From IMG/VR virus record IMGVR_UViG_3300004112_000013, positions 1-33,198 of that record: a stretch of 33,198 bases of DNA. One strand, 5' to 3'. The notes beneath the pieces are model-generated. The model was not told where the DNA came from. It saw only the letters and a program-made list of their open reading frames with translations, and did no database searches. This document shows positions 17,195 to 26,279 of this stretch, piece by piece. Source of the DNA: a virus (taxonomy: Duplodnaviria > Caudoviricetes). Both the position numbers and the translations under genes were made by a program. Each line of letters starts with the position of its first letter. Position 1 is the first letter of the stretch.

Positions 17195-20100
17195 TTATAT
17201 ATCATACAGTCGCAAAAATTTAGTTTTACCACTAACTTCGACTTTTAAAAAAGAATTAGTTGAAGTTGATGTATTAGAAGCAACAGCAGTATCGTCGATC
17301 TGCATATTTCCAAAGCGTGTAATTTTTTCAAAGTTTGAAGATGTTATTCCTACATTTCCTGTCGTTACAGTTCCTAAAAAAACTGTCAGATATTCATCTG
17401 AAAGCATGTTTGTATCAAACGTTATGATCAAATTGTTATCTTTGCGAGTCAAATATACATAAAAGATTTTATTTTTTATTAAAAGGTCAGATCCGTTTCC
17501 AATTACGTCTACTAAGTCAATCGTTTGAGCAGAAATTGTTACTTCATTACCACCAATAAAACATGTAACTTCCGGAAAATATAAAATAAAACCTAAAGCA
17601 GGCTTAATCGTCAAAGCATAAATTTCACTATTTAGCTCTGTTGTTCCAATAGTTATAAGATCATCAAAACATTGTGTTATTCTATTAGAGTACACAACAA
17701 CGGATTTTTTATCGCAATAAAACATAGTAACCTTACCTCCATTTTCTGTATTAGAAATTAGAGCACATGGTCCATAAAGTGGATGTATACTAACCGAAGG
17801 ACGTGCACTTAAAGCAGATGTTTTAAAATTATTATTAAAAGATAATACGAATTTATTGACCAAGTCTATTTTTGCAGCACAGAATATTATTCTACTCGTT
17901 AATGCACTTCTACAAGTTAAACCGACGTATATTATGTACGCGCTATTTGTGGATGCATCAATAAACACTCCAGACGATGCTAAAGGATTTGTAATACCAG
18001 TTACTTCATTTCCCGACAGGTGAGTCCTTCCTTCCAACAAAGCCGCAGTAGTTTTTTCTACAAATATATTTCCTGAAGTTAGGCTGATTAATTTGAAAAA
18101 ACTCTTTGTTCCATATCCTCCATTTTTAAAATAGCAAAAATTTAATAAAAACAAATCGTTTTGTATATGATATAACACCCATTTAGAGTCGTCTGTTCCT
18201 GCTGGAAAGTATGCTGCTTTTTGTGGGTCAGAACTAACAATTGCATCAATTTGCGATACATAATCAGAAGGTAATTCTATAACAGATGAATTAGTTATTG
18301 CTGGGACGCTTGAATTGCAATCAATCTCAACATATTTTAAATTAAAACGGTTTTTTAGTCTTATTGTTTGAGAGTTAGAAGTTAAAGTCGTCTGAAGCCC
18401 GTTTCCTAATCCCGAACTTAATTCTGGTAAAGTAGTCAGTTTAATCGAGCTTGGAGTTTTTAATCCCGTTGTAGATTCGTTTGGAAATGTTTGCGTGTCG
18501 TTATAATCACTCAATTTACATATAATTGGTTTTGTGCTAACTGAAGCTTCTCCAATTAGTTTAGATTGAGCAGCACAAAACAAAGAAGTGTCAGAAGAAA
18601 ACAAAGTAGTCACTAATGACTTTCCTAGAGCAGATGAATCTCCAGACACAAATTCGTCAATTGCGTTTGACCAGTCTATTTTTGTAGGATCAAAAGGATT
18701 TGTTACTAAGCTACTTAAAGTTTCTTGAAAGCTTCTCGAATTTTGTTTTTTATGAAAGCGGAACCCTATTTTGTTAAATTCCGGTCCCACTCTTTTAACG
18801 GACTCTATGATATGTTCTCCGTCTACCATATATATTTTTCTGCCACCCCTGTTTGCAACATTATCATTAAATGAAGTGGTGTTACCACTACAAAAAGGCT
18901 GTTTTAAAGTAGCTGAATTATCTGGATTTAATCCATATGGCTTAAGATAAAAGTCAACAAACGTATAAGCTGGAATATTAAACTTACATACTGAATTATA
19001 ATAACAGTGATATAAATCAGATCCATTATTTAACGTTATGCTGCAAAGTAGAGACAAATAAACAACATTTCCCACTACATAATGCCTAAACGAATTGTGG
19101 TAAGTCCAGTTATTGATTAAAACGTTTGAGACAGCATTACCACTAATAGAACCAAAAGTTATATGAGGTGTTTGATCGAAGTCTATTTGCGTATAATTGC
19201 TTCCTAGTTGAATGCCAGAAGCATTAAACGCAGTAAAAATAATTTTTTTATTAGCATTTGTTCCACGAAAGCAACCAACGAAAATGTTTTGTTCTGGTAT
19301 GAATAATAAATTAGTAAGATTGTGTGTACTAACAAGAGAAGTGACTTCCTTAACGTTTGAGGAAGTATGTATTAATGGATTTAATGTATTTTGAGTGTGT
19401 ATCCAAAAATAGCGGACAGCGGTATTTGTATAATTGCTTACCTTAACAAACATACCATCTAAATTTCCATCTAGTACTTGTGAAACGTATTCTGTATTAG
19501 TTAAAAATGCAGGCTTGTATTCTATGTCGGTTAAATTTATATCAGAAAAATCATGCTCAGATGCAGTAAAATAAAACAATTTATAATAGATTCCGTTATT
19601 GCCTGATCGTAAACCGACATATGTACCGTCAGACTCTTTTAATACAAAAGAGATTTCTCTATCTGTGGCTTGTGAGCTTTTAAATTCTCCTTTAATGTCT
19701 AATTCGAGATAATGTAAATCTCCAACTCTCGAACAAGGTATTTCTAAATCAACATCAAGTTTGTCCGTAACATTATTCCAGATATCACTATTATCAACCC
19801 CATTAAATATTTTATTAGTAGAACTTATTTCTCCGTTAATCGTCAATTCGACGTTTGGCAAACTGTGATTTACGCCTACAAAATTAGTTGTAAATTCATT
19901 AATAACACAACTAGATGTTAAAACTAAATCGGTTGTGTTGGTATGTACTGGCACATAATGTTCTCTAATAGTTCCAAACCCACCCGTTCCACTATTCCAC
20001 AAGAAATCATTACCAACTCTTGTGCATATACGGTCATTACTTGTAGTTACTATATTAGAAGTCGAGCCAACGCTTAAATTGTTAATTTGAATTTTTCCTA

Positions 20101-20857
20101 ACAGAGCTGCATTGCCATTTACTGTAAGCTTTTCTGTTGGAGTAGTTGTTCCTATTCCTATGTTTGAATTATTTTTTTCAAATACACCAGAATCTTCAAT
20201 GGTGCTTTCTCCAGTTTTTTTATTTAAAAAGTTCTCATTTAATTGCCGCCCACTCAAAAACTCGATTGCTGTGTTCCATACCTTTTCATTAATTTTTTTA
20301 CTTCTAAGAAAATTTAGCGGATCGCTCACTATAGGCTCGTCAGAGTCACCAGTTTGCGTGTTTTTGATTGCTAACACTTGATCAATAATAACGTTTTGAG
20401 TAGAGCTTATGCTGCCGTTTACCGTAAGTTTATGATTAGGTTGTTGTGTATTTATACCAACATTTCCTGAAATCGAAGGAGTGTTACTAACAACAAAAGC
20501 AGAATTGTTTTGTTTGAAAATTTCAAAAGCATTAAATTCTCCTTTTTGCTCAACTGTTAATGCAGGACCTCCACCCGAATTTGTTATTGCTAATGCAGAA
20601 GCAGCAAACCCAAAACTTTCCAAAAGACTCAAATTTCCGTTTACTGATAAATCTCCTGCAAAAAAAGCGTGAGTTGCATGAAGATTTTTTTGTGCAGATA
20701 ACTCACCAGTATTACATAAAGATCCTTGAGCATAAAATTCACCCCGGAACGGCTCATTCTTTGATGCTATTGAATCAATGGAAGAATCGGCATGAGCTGC
20801 AGAAAAGCTAGTATGATGAGCATATTTATGAAATTTATTGTGAAAAACGGTAGACAT
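17195..20857 (-). CDS. tail fibre / baseplate-attached receptor-binding protein, paralogue 2
   Basis: His-rich N-terminus MSTVFHNKFHKYAHH; three (V/I)G(I/V)xTxxPxxxLT(V/I)NG fibre repeats; long beta-rich C-terminal region; collinear with 20867-24565. Confidence 0.75.
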   Translation of the reverse strand: MSTVFHNKFHKYAHHTSFSAAHADSSIDSIASKNEPFRGEFYAQGSLCNTGELSAQKNLHATHAFFAGDLSVNGNLSLLESFGFAASALAITNSGGGPALTVEQKGEFNAFEIFKQNNSAFVVSNTPSISGNVGINTQQPNHKLTVNGSISSTQNVIIDQVLAIKNTQTGDSDEPIVSDPLNFLRSKKINEKVWNTAIEFLSGRQLNENFLNKKTGESTIEDSGVFEKNNSNIGIGTTTPTEKLTVNGNAALLGKIQINNLSVGSTSNIVTTSNDRICTRVGNDFLWNSGTGGFGTIREHYVPVHTNTTDLVLTSSCVINEFTTNFVGVNHSLPNVELTINGEISSTNKIFNGVDNSDIWNNVTDKLDVDLEIPCSRVGDLHYLELDIKGEFKSSQATDREISFVLKESDGTYVGLRSGNNGIYYKLFYFTASEHDFSDINLTDIEYKPAFLTNTEYVSQVLDGNLDGMFVKVSNYTNTAVRYFWIHTQNTLNPLIHTSSNVKEVTSLVSTHNLTNLLFIPEQNIFVGCFRGTNANKKIIFTAFNASGIQLGSNYTQIDFDQTPHITFGSISGNAVSNVLINNWTYHNSFRHYVVGNVVYLSLLCSITLNNGSDLYHCYYNSVCKFNIPAYTFVDFYLKPYGLNPDNSATLKQPFCSGNTTSFNDNVANRGGRKIYMVDGEHIIESVKRVGPEFNKIGFRFHKKQNSRSFQETLSSLVTNPFDPTKIDWSNAIDEFVSGDSSALGKSLVTTLFSSDTSLFCAAQSKLIGEASVSTKPIICKLSDYNDTQTFPNESTTGLKTPSSIKLTTLPELSSGLGNGLQTTLTSNSQTIRLKNRFNLKYVEIDCNSSVPAITNSSVIELPSDYVSQIDAIVSSDPQKAAYFPAGTDDSKWVLYHIQNDLFLLNFCYFKNGGYGTKSFFKLISLTSGNIFVEKTTAALLEGRTHLSGNEVTGITNPLASSGVFIDASTNSAYIIYVGLTCRSALTSRIIFCAAKIDLVNKFVLSFNNNFKTSALSARPSVSIHPLYGPCALISNTENGGKVTMFYCDKKSVVVYSNRITQCFDDLITIGTTELNSEIYALTIKPALGFILYFPEVTCFIGGNEVTISAQTIDLVDVIGNGSDLLIKNKIFYVYLTRKDNNLIITFDTNMLSDEYLTVFLGTVTTGNVGITSSNFEKITRFGNMQIDDTAVASNTSTSTNSFLKVEVSGKTKFLRLYDI

Positions 20858-20866
20858 AACAGTTCA

Positions 20867-23800
20867 TCATATATCAAATAAACGTAAGTATTTTGTCTGT
20901 CCGTTTACGATAACCTTAATAAATTCGTTTGTAGCAGTAGTTGTACCAGAAATGGTAATTTTATCCTCAATTTGTAGATTTCCTAAGCGAGAAACTTTAG
21001 AAAAAGAAGAATTTTGTATTCCAATTAAATTTGTAACTACGGTTCCTATGTAGATCATAGAGTCCGTATCTGCAAGTCTAGTAGTTAAGAACGAAAGCTG
21101 GACTGATGATCCGACTAATTCAACGTACACGTAAAACGTTCTATTTTGTACGTTTGCAGCCACTCCTCCTCCCACAACAGACACTAAATCAATACTTTGC
21201 GTTGGCAAAGTATAATAATCGCCTTTTATAAATACAGGAGTAGAAGACACATACAACACAAATCCCGTTGCAGGTTTTATAGTTAGTGGTACCAAATAGT
21301 TCGTCTGTATGCTAGCTCCTCCAAGCAATGTAGAGAAACAATCCACAATTCTACTACTAAGAACGGCATCTGAAGTTTTATCAATAAAATACAGTACAGA
21401 TTTGCTGAATTCATCAACGAGATTATTAGTCATATAAGGACCATAAGTTGGGTGAATTCCGAAAGCTGGACTATGCCATGTTGGCCAAACCGTATCAGGA
21501 ACTCCACTATAATTTTGGTTTGTAATATTGTGCATTGCTCTCCAATTTATTATAGAATTACTAGAATAGTTTATTTGTGCAACAACTCCAAATTGTCTGT
21601 TTGTACCAGGTGCTTCTGCTCCAACGCATTTAAAAATAATATAAATCGTGTCAACTCCATTATCATAACTGCCAGAACTCATCATGTACTGTCTAGGCAC
21701 TCCTTGTAAAGTCATAGAAACTCCATCGATTTGTGCAATCGTTCCTGCAAGATAAGAAGAACTTACGGAATTGAAAACTCCGCCTGTATGAGTTAAAAGT
21801 TTAAAAAACGATTTGATTCCCACTCCAGAAAAAAAGCATCCAAAAGAGACGAGATACAAATCGTTTCTAAGATGGTAAATACTCCACCTTCTTTTAGTAG
21901 AATCTTCTCCTGATGTAACCGAATCTAAATCTAAAATAGCATCAATTAGATTTACATAATTAGAAGGAAGAGTGTCTAATGTAATTGAAGTAAACGTGTC
22001 CCCGTTAATCTCGTCAAATCTTATATTATTCGGATCAAATTTTTTGAGTCGCAAATTTCCGTTAGAGTAAACCACACTAGAAAAATATTCGTCTTCTGAA
22101 TTATTTTTTGCATGATTTCCGTTGTGTAGAGGCTTAAAAGCAGCAGGGCATTCAAATATAGTAGTTGGGGCGTTTAGTCCACTAGCTGTTCCGCCGCCAA
22201 ACATATTGTATGTAGCAGTATTATTGCTGTTCGGCAATTGAGAAATTACTGACTTGTAACTGGTTCCGACTTCACCAAACCGCTTCGATTCTGAAAAAGA
22301 ATACAACCTTGTAGGAGAAACAAAACTTACACTCGTGACCGTTTTTCCTAAAAGTGAAGCATCTGTCGGAATAAATGTCTTAATATCTGTAGACCACGCA
22401 GCAGGCATTGGAGGCGTCGTAGATCTGTCATACGGTCTAACAACAGCGTCACTCCAACTTAAAAGTAATGGATGTTTACGAAAAGTGAAGTCTGAAGGTC
22501 TTATAGAGTGTTCTTTAATTGCTTCGTAAACCGAGTCGTTTATTTGATAAAATTTTGTGTTTCCAATATTGTACCAACTGAAAAAGTTTGTAGAATCTTT
22601 TGAAAAAAACGGAGCTTTAAAAGTTGAAGAGTTACTAGGGTCAATAAAGTATGGTTTGGGATAAAAATCTCCAAAATTTTTAGCAAGCGTATTATATTTA
22701 CAACAAGAATTATAACCTACATATAATACAGCTCCTGGATAAAACAAGACTACAGACACATATTGTGAAATATAAACGTCATCTCCATTAACATAATAAT
22801 GTATATTTGGGGTTTGAGTATGATTAATCAAAGGAGTGCCATTGTGGGCAGTTCCGTTATGTAATCCATATGTAATTTCTGACGAGCTGTTAAGATCAAT
22901 TTGAGTCCAAAATGATCCGCCACTGTTTTCAACGACTAAAGCGGAATTTAAAACACAATACTGAGTTTTATACCCATCTTGTTTAGTAACAATAAATATG
23001 TTTTTTTCTGGTACATAAACTAAAGAGCCTGCATTTAATGTTGATATTACACTAGTAACATCTACTGTATTAGCTAAAGTGTGAACAGCTGGATTTAACG
23101 TACCTTGGTGTTTTACCCAGTAAAACTTATTAGATCCAGATGAATTTGTTACTCTTAAAAGCATTCCACTATAATTGCCATCAATTAGCTCGGAAACATA
23201 TTCGGTTGGTAATAAAAACGCTGGCCTATATTCAATATCTGTTATATTAGTATTAAGCAGTTCAGCGTCTGAAGATGTAAAATAGAAAACTTTTTTTAAA
23301 ACACCGTTAAATCCACCACGAAGTCCTACAAATGTTCCGTCTTTTTCTTGTAGTAAGTATGATCTTGACCGATCGGTTGATTGAGATCCTTTAAAATCAC
23401 CTTTTATGTCTAAATCTAAGTAGCTAGTATCTCCAACTCTTGAGACGGGTATATTAGTTTTTTTGTTTAGTTTATTCGTAACGGTATTCCACGTGTTTGA
23501 ATTTCCTCCATTAGCATATACGACTCCAGTACTGCTTATTTCGCCATTAACCGTTAATGTTTTATTTGGAGAGGTGGTTAGGATTCCAATATTACTTGTA
23601 GTTTGGTCTTGGCATATAACGCTATCATCTATACCGCTTGATGTAAACTTAGGTATAAAGTTTGCAGTTCCTACTCCAGTTAAAGGATTTAAAGTAAGAT
23701 TCCAAATAAACGGATTTGCTGGTCTATATTCTAGTGTGCCGTTAGATGACTTAGTAATGACATCATTTGTGGTTCCGTTAGTAAAAGAACCAACAATCAA

Positions 23801-24565
23801 TTCTCCTTGAATTCTAGTATCTCCGTTAACTGTTAATTTGCCTGATAATGATGTTGTATCGATTCCTATACCGCTGCCATCATCATATATAATAGATTTT
23901 GTTACTCCATTCGAATTAAGAGTTTTGGTTAAAAAACCTCCATTTAATCCAGCTCCTGATAAAAAGTTAAAATTGGTATCCCAGACTATTTTGTTTATTT
24001 GTCTGCTTTCTAGAATATTCGTAGCTGAATTTTTAGTTACGACAGTATTCGTAGAGCCTATTGGCAATGTCTTAACTCTTACTACACCATCTACTGTCAT
24101 ACTTCCGCTCGAGCTTATAGTGCCATTTACAGTAAGTCGCTCGTTTGGAGAGTCTGTATTAATTCCTACAAACCCAGGAGCAGAAGTTTTGCCGTCTATA
24201 AATAAAGAAGACTTATCATTAACTAAAAAGTTTGCAATTGGCTGATTTCCGTATTGCTTAACTGATAAACCAGGACCGGTTCCACTGTTTGTAATCCGCA
24301 CAGACGATGTGGCATTTACGACTGTGTCTAACTGAGAGATATCTCCTAAAACCGTTAAGTTTCCATGAAAATAAGCATTATTTGCATAAATGTTTTTTTG
24401 AGCAGAAAGATTTTCTGTAGTAACTATATCGCCTGTTGAATAAAAATCACCAAGAAACGGAGATTCATAAGAAGCAATTGGATCATAACCAGAATCTGGA
24501 TACCCAGCAGTCGGCTTACTGTGGTGATTGTGTTTATGGAGCTTGTTATGAAACCTATTAGACAT
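20867..24565 (-). CDS. tail fibre / baseplate-attached receptor-binding protein, paralogue 1
   Basis: MSNRFHNKLHKHNHH; repeats VGINTDSPNERLTVNG, IGIDTTSLSGKLTVNG, IGILTTSPNKTLTVNG; ends QTKYLRLFDI (paralogue ends KTKFLRLYDI). Confidence 0.75.
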   Translation of the reverse strand: MSNRFHNKLHKHNHHSKPTAGYPDSGYDPIASYESPFLGDFYSTGDIVTTENLSAQKNIYANNAYFHGNLTVLGDISQLDTVVNATSSVRITNSGTGPGLSVKQYGNQPIANFLVNDKSSLFIDGKTSAPGFVGINTDSPNERLTVNGTISSSGSMTVDGVVRVKTLPIGSTNTVVTKNSATNILESRQINKIVWDTNFNFLSGAGLNGGFLTKTLNSNGVTKSIIYDDGSGIGIDTTSLSGKLTVNGDTRIQGELIVGSFTNGTTNDVITKSSNGTLEYRPANPFIWNLTLNPLTGVGTANFIPKFTSSGIDDSVICQDQTTSNIGILTTSPNKTLTVNGEISSTGVVYANGGNSNTWNTVTNKLNKKTNIPVSRVGDTSYLDLDIKGDFKGSQSTDRSRSYLLQEKDGTFVGLRGGFNGVLKKVFYFTSSDAELLNTNITDIEYRPAFLLPTEYVSELIDGNYSGMLLRVTNSSGSNKFYWVKHQGTLNPAVHTLANTVDVTSVISTLNAGSLVYVPEKNIFIVTKQDGYKTQYCVLNSALVVENSGGSFWTQIDLNSSSEITYGLHNGTAHNGTPLINHTQTPNIHYYVNGDDVYISQYVSVVLFYPGAVLYVGYNSCCKYNTLAKNFGDFYPKPYFIDPSNSSTFKAPFFSKDSTNFFSWYNIGNTKFYQINDSVYEAIKEHSIRPSDFTFRKHPLLLSWSDAVVRPYDRSTTPPMPAAWSTDIKTFIPTDASLLGKTVTSVSFVSPTRLYSFSESKRFGEVGTSYKSVISQLPNSNNTATYNMFGGGTASGLNAPTTIFECPAAFKPLHNGNHAKNNSEDEYFSSVVYSNGNLRLKKFDPNNIRFDEINGDTFTSITLDTLPSNYVNLIDAILDLDSVTSGEDSTKRRWSIYHLRNDLYLVSFGCFFSGVGIKSFFKLLTHTGGVFNSVSSSYLAGTIAQIDGVSMTLQGVPRQYMMSSGSYDNGVDTIYIIFKCVGAEAPGTNRQFGVVAQINYSSNSIINWRAMHNITNQNYSGVPDTVWPTWHSPAFGIHPTYGPYMTNNLVDEFSKSVLYFIDKTSDAVLSSRIVDCFSTLLGGASIQTNYLVPLTIKPATGFVLYVSSTPVFIKGDYYTLPTQSIDLVSVVGGGVAANVQNRTFYVYVELVGSSVQLSFLTTRLADTDSMIYIGTVVTNLIGIQNSSFSKVSRLGNLQIEDKITISGTTTATNEFIKVIVNGQTKYLRLFDI

Positions 24566-24572
24566 TGTAATT

Positions 24573-24578
24573 TATTTA
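24573..24578 (-). promoter_or_regulatory. late-promoter-like hexamer TAAATA
   Basis: 7 nt upstream of ATG 24565. Confidence 0.45.
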
Positions 24579-24752
24579 TCAAAAAAAATTCTTAAAAGTT
24601 TTCGTATCAAACTCTTCTAATTTTGATATTAAAATTTCCAATGCAACTTCACATTCTTTTTTTGAAGCAAAACTATCCACAAACAATTCTATAATGGTGT
24701 TTTCAATTAAATCTTCAACGATTGCTTCAATTTCATGTTCTTTACTGTACAT
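24579..24752 (-). CDS. 57-aa acidic helical hypothetical protein (not in ORF track)
   Basis: MYSKEHEIEAIVEDLIENTIIELFVDSFASKKECEVALEILISKLEEFDTKTFKNFF*; fills the gap, with TAATTA 9 nt upstream. Confidence 0.65.
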   Translation of the reverse strand: MYSKEHEIEAIVEDLIENTIIELFVDSFASKKECEVALEILISKLEEFDTKTFKNFF

Positions 24753-24761
24753 ACTTTTTTG

Positions 24762-24787
24762 TAATTATCTACATTGAGCAATAATTA
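24762..24787. promoter_or_regulatory. divergent pair of TAATTA late-promoter-like hexamers
   Basis: TAATTA at 24762-24767 (9 nt from the - strand ATG 24752) and at 24782-24787 (8 nt from the + strand ATG 24796). Confidence 0.45.
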
Positions 24788-24795
24788 TAGATAGA

Positions 24796-26238
24796 ATGTC
24801 AACTCAAACGAATGCATCTGGATCACCAACCTCTGTGGGCACAAAATATGTTGCAGATTCTAAAGGAAACGATCTCCAAAAAGCAGTAACAGCAGAGAAG
24901 GCAAAAATAATAGCACGAAAGAATCCAAGTGTCGGACAATATATTGGCAATTTGTTTGGTAGCGCAGTTAATGGAGCAGAAGCAACAGCTGGAACAATAA
25001 ACAACGCTCAACGGTCACTTGATGCTTATACAAGAAACGTTATACAAACACTGTTTTCGGTTGAGTTGTATACATCAAAAACAATCGACAGAAGTACAAA
25101 ATCGATAACATCCTCTCTTAGCAGCTTAACGTTTGAAGTTCAACATGATATTCAAGGAGTCAAAACTAACATCAACAGCTTACTTAAACCGGTATCATCA
25201 GCTACAGGTGCGACGCTAGGAACTCTCACTAGCATAGCAAGAGATCCTTTGGGAGCACCTTCTATTTTAGGTCATGCGTTAACAGCCTTGATAGATAAGA
25301 TTAATCCTGGTTTTGCAGACAAATTAGAAGCAACGTACAAAAAATACAAAACCGACGAACTAAGAAATTTACCAGGACAAATATTTGGAAGCATAAGAAC
25401 TTTAGCAGCAACAGCAGATGCAATATTATCATTACCATTTGCCATTGCTTCTGATCTTTATAATGGACTTTTAGAAATAATGAGTGAAATATCAAACTTA
25501 ATTGATACATTGCTAGCTTCTGTGATGGATTTGGTTTTTGGACCTGAAGGAATTCTAGACAGTATTATTCCTTTTGCTGAAATTAGAGATTTTTTGGACG
25601 CTGTAGGAGAACTAGCTGCTACAGTTACCTCCATTTCACAATATTTTGGTGGATTTCCTAAAGTAGAAAAGATCTCAATGTCAATTGAAAGTTATGCTAC
25701 TTCTACAGAATCATTGTTTCGCGATCCAACTAGAACCGCTTTAGGCTATTTAAATCAGTATGTTCCAGAAGCAGCTAAAGTCACTCAAGTAATGGACATG
25801 ATAAGAAATCCGCAAGATATTGTCGACGACTTAATCCCAAAAAGCGTACAAGAACAATTTCAAAAAATAAGCAAGTTGCCTGGTTTGGGATTTGTTGGGA
25901 ATATGGGATATAGTTTTGGAGGAACGCTTGAGTCTTTAAGCCAGGGAGTTTTGACTCGTACAATTAGAGATTTCGAACAACAAGCTGGAGTGTTATCTCC
26001 TTTATTAAACATTGCGCCAAAAGCACTTCCGGTAAACAGTCAACAAGATGCTGCTCCTCAAATTGACGGCTCTCCTGCTAATCCCAATCTTCCGGTTACA
26101 GAAGATAGCACCAGAGTTTCATTAGCTCCTCCTCCTCGTATTTTGAAAGAAAAGGAATCCTCAACACCAACGATTGCTTCTGCATTTACTACTGGCCAAA
26201 CCCCAGGCCAGTCTCTTTTAGATTTAGGTGTTGCGTAA
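24796..26238 (+). CDS. hypothetical structural protein, helical and amphipathic, next to the baseplate hub gene
   Basis: 480 aa, Ser/Thr/Ala/Leu-rich helices with a Pro-rich tail; role inferred from position only. Confidence 0.65.
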   Translation: MSTQTNASGSPTSVGTKYVADSKGNDLQKAVTAEKAKIIARKNPSVGQYIGNLFGSAVNGAEATAGTINNAQRSLDAYTRNVIQTLFSVELYTSKTIDRSTKSITSSLSSLTFEVQHDIQGVKTNINSLLKPVSSATGATLGTLTSIARDPLGAPSILGHALTALIDKINPGFADKLEATYKKYKTDELRNLPGQIFGSIRTLAATADAILSLPFAIASDLYNGLLEIMSEISNLIDTLLASVMDLVFGPEGILDSIIPFAEIRDFLDAVGELAATVTSISQYFGGFPKVEKISMSIESYATSTESLFRDPTRTALGYLNQYVPEAAKVTQVMDMIRNPQDIVDDLIPKSVQEQFQKISKLPGLGFVGNMGYSFGGTLESLSQGVLTRTIRDFEQQAGVLSPLLNIAPKALPVNSQQDAAPQIDGSPANPNLPVTEDSTRVSLAPPPRILKEKESSTPTIASAFTTGQTPGQSLLDLGVA

Positions 26239-26267
26239 CAAATCCTTTTATTTTATTAATTTTGCTC

Positions 26268-26273
26268 TAAATA
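26268..26273 (+). promoter_or_regulatory. late-promoter-like hexamer TAAATA
   Basis: 6 nt upstream of ATG 26280. Confidence 0.45.
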
Positions 26274-26279
26274 AAATCA

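Noticed and set aside
17195-24565. Diversity-generating retroelement or invertible tail-fibre switch
   Set aside because: No reverse transcriptase or recombinase in the window, both genes are in the same orientation, and I saw no near-identical nucleotide repeat differing only at adenines; the similarity is old and at the protein level
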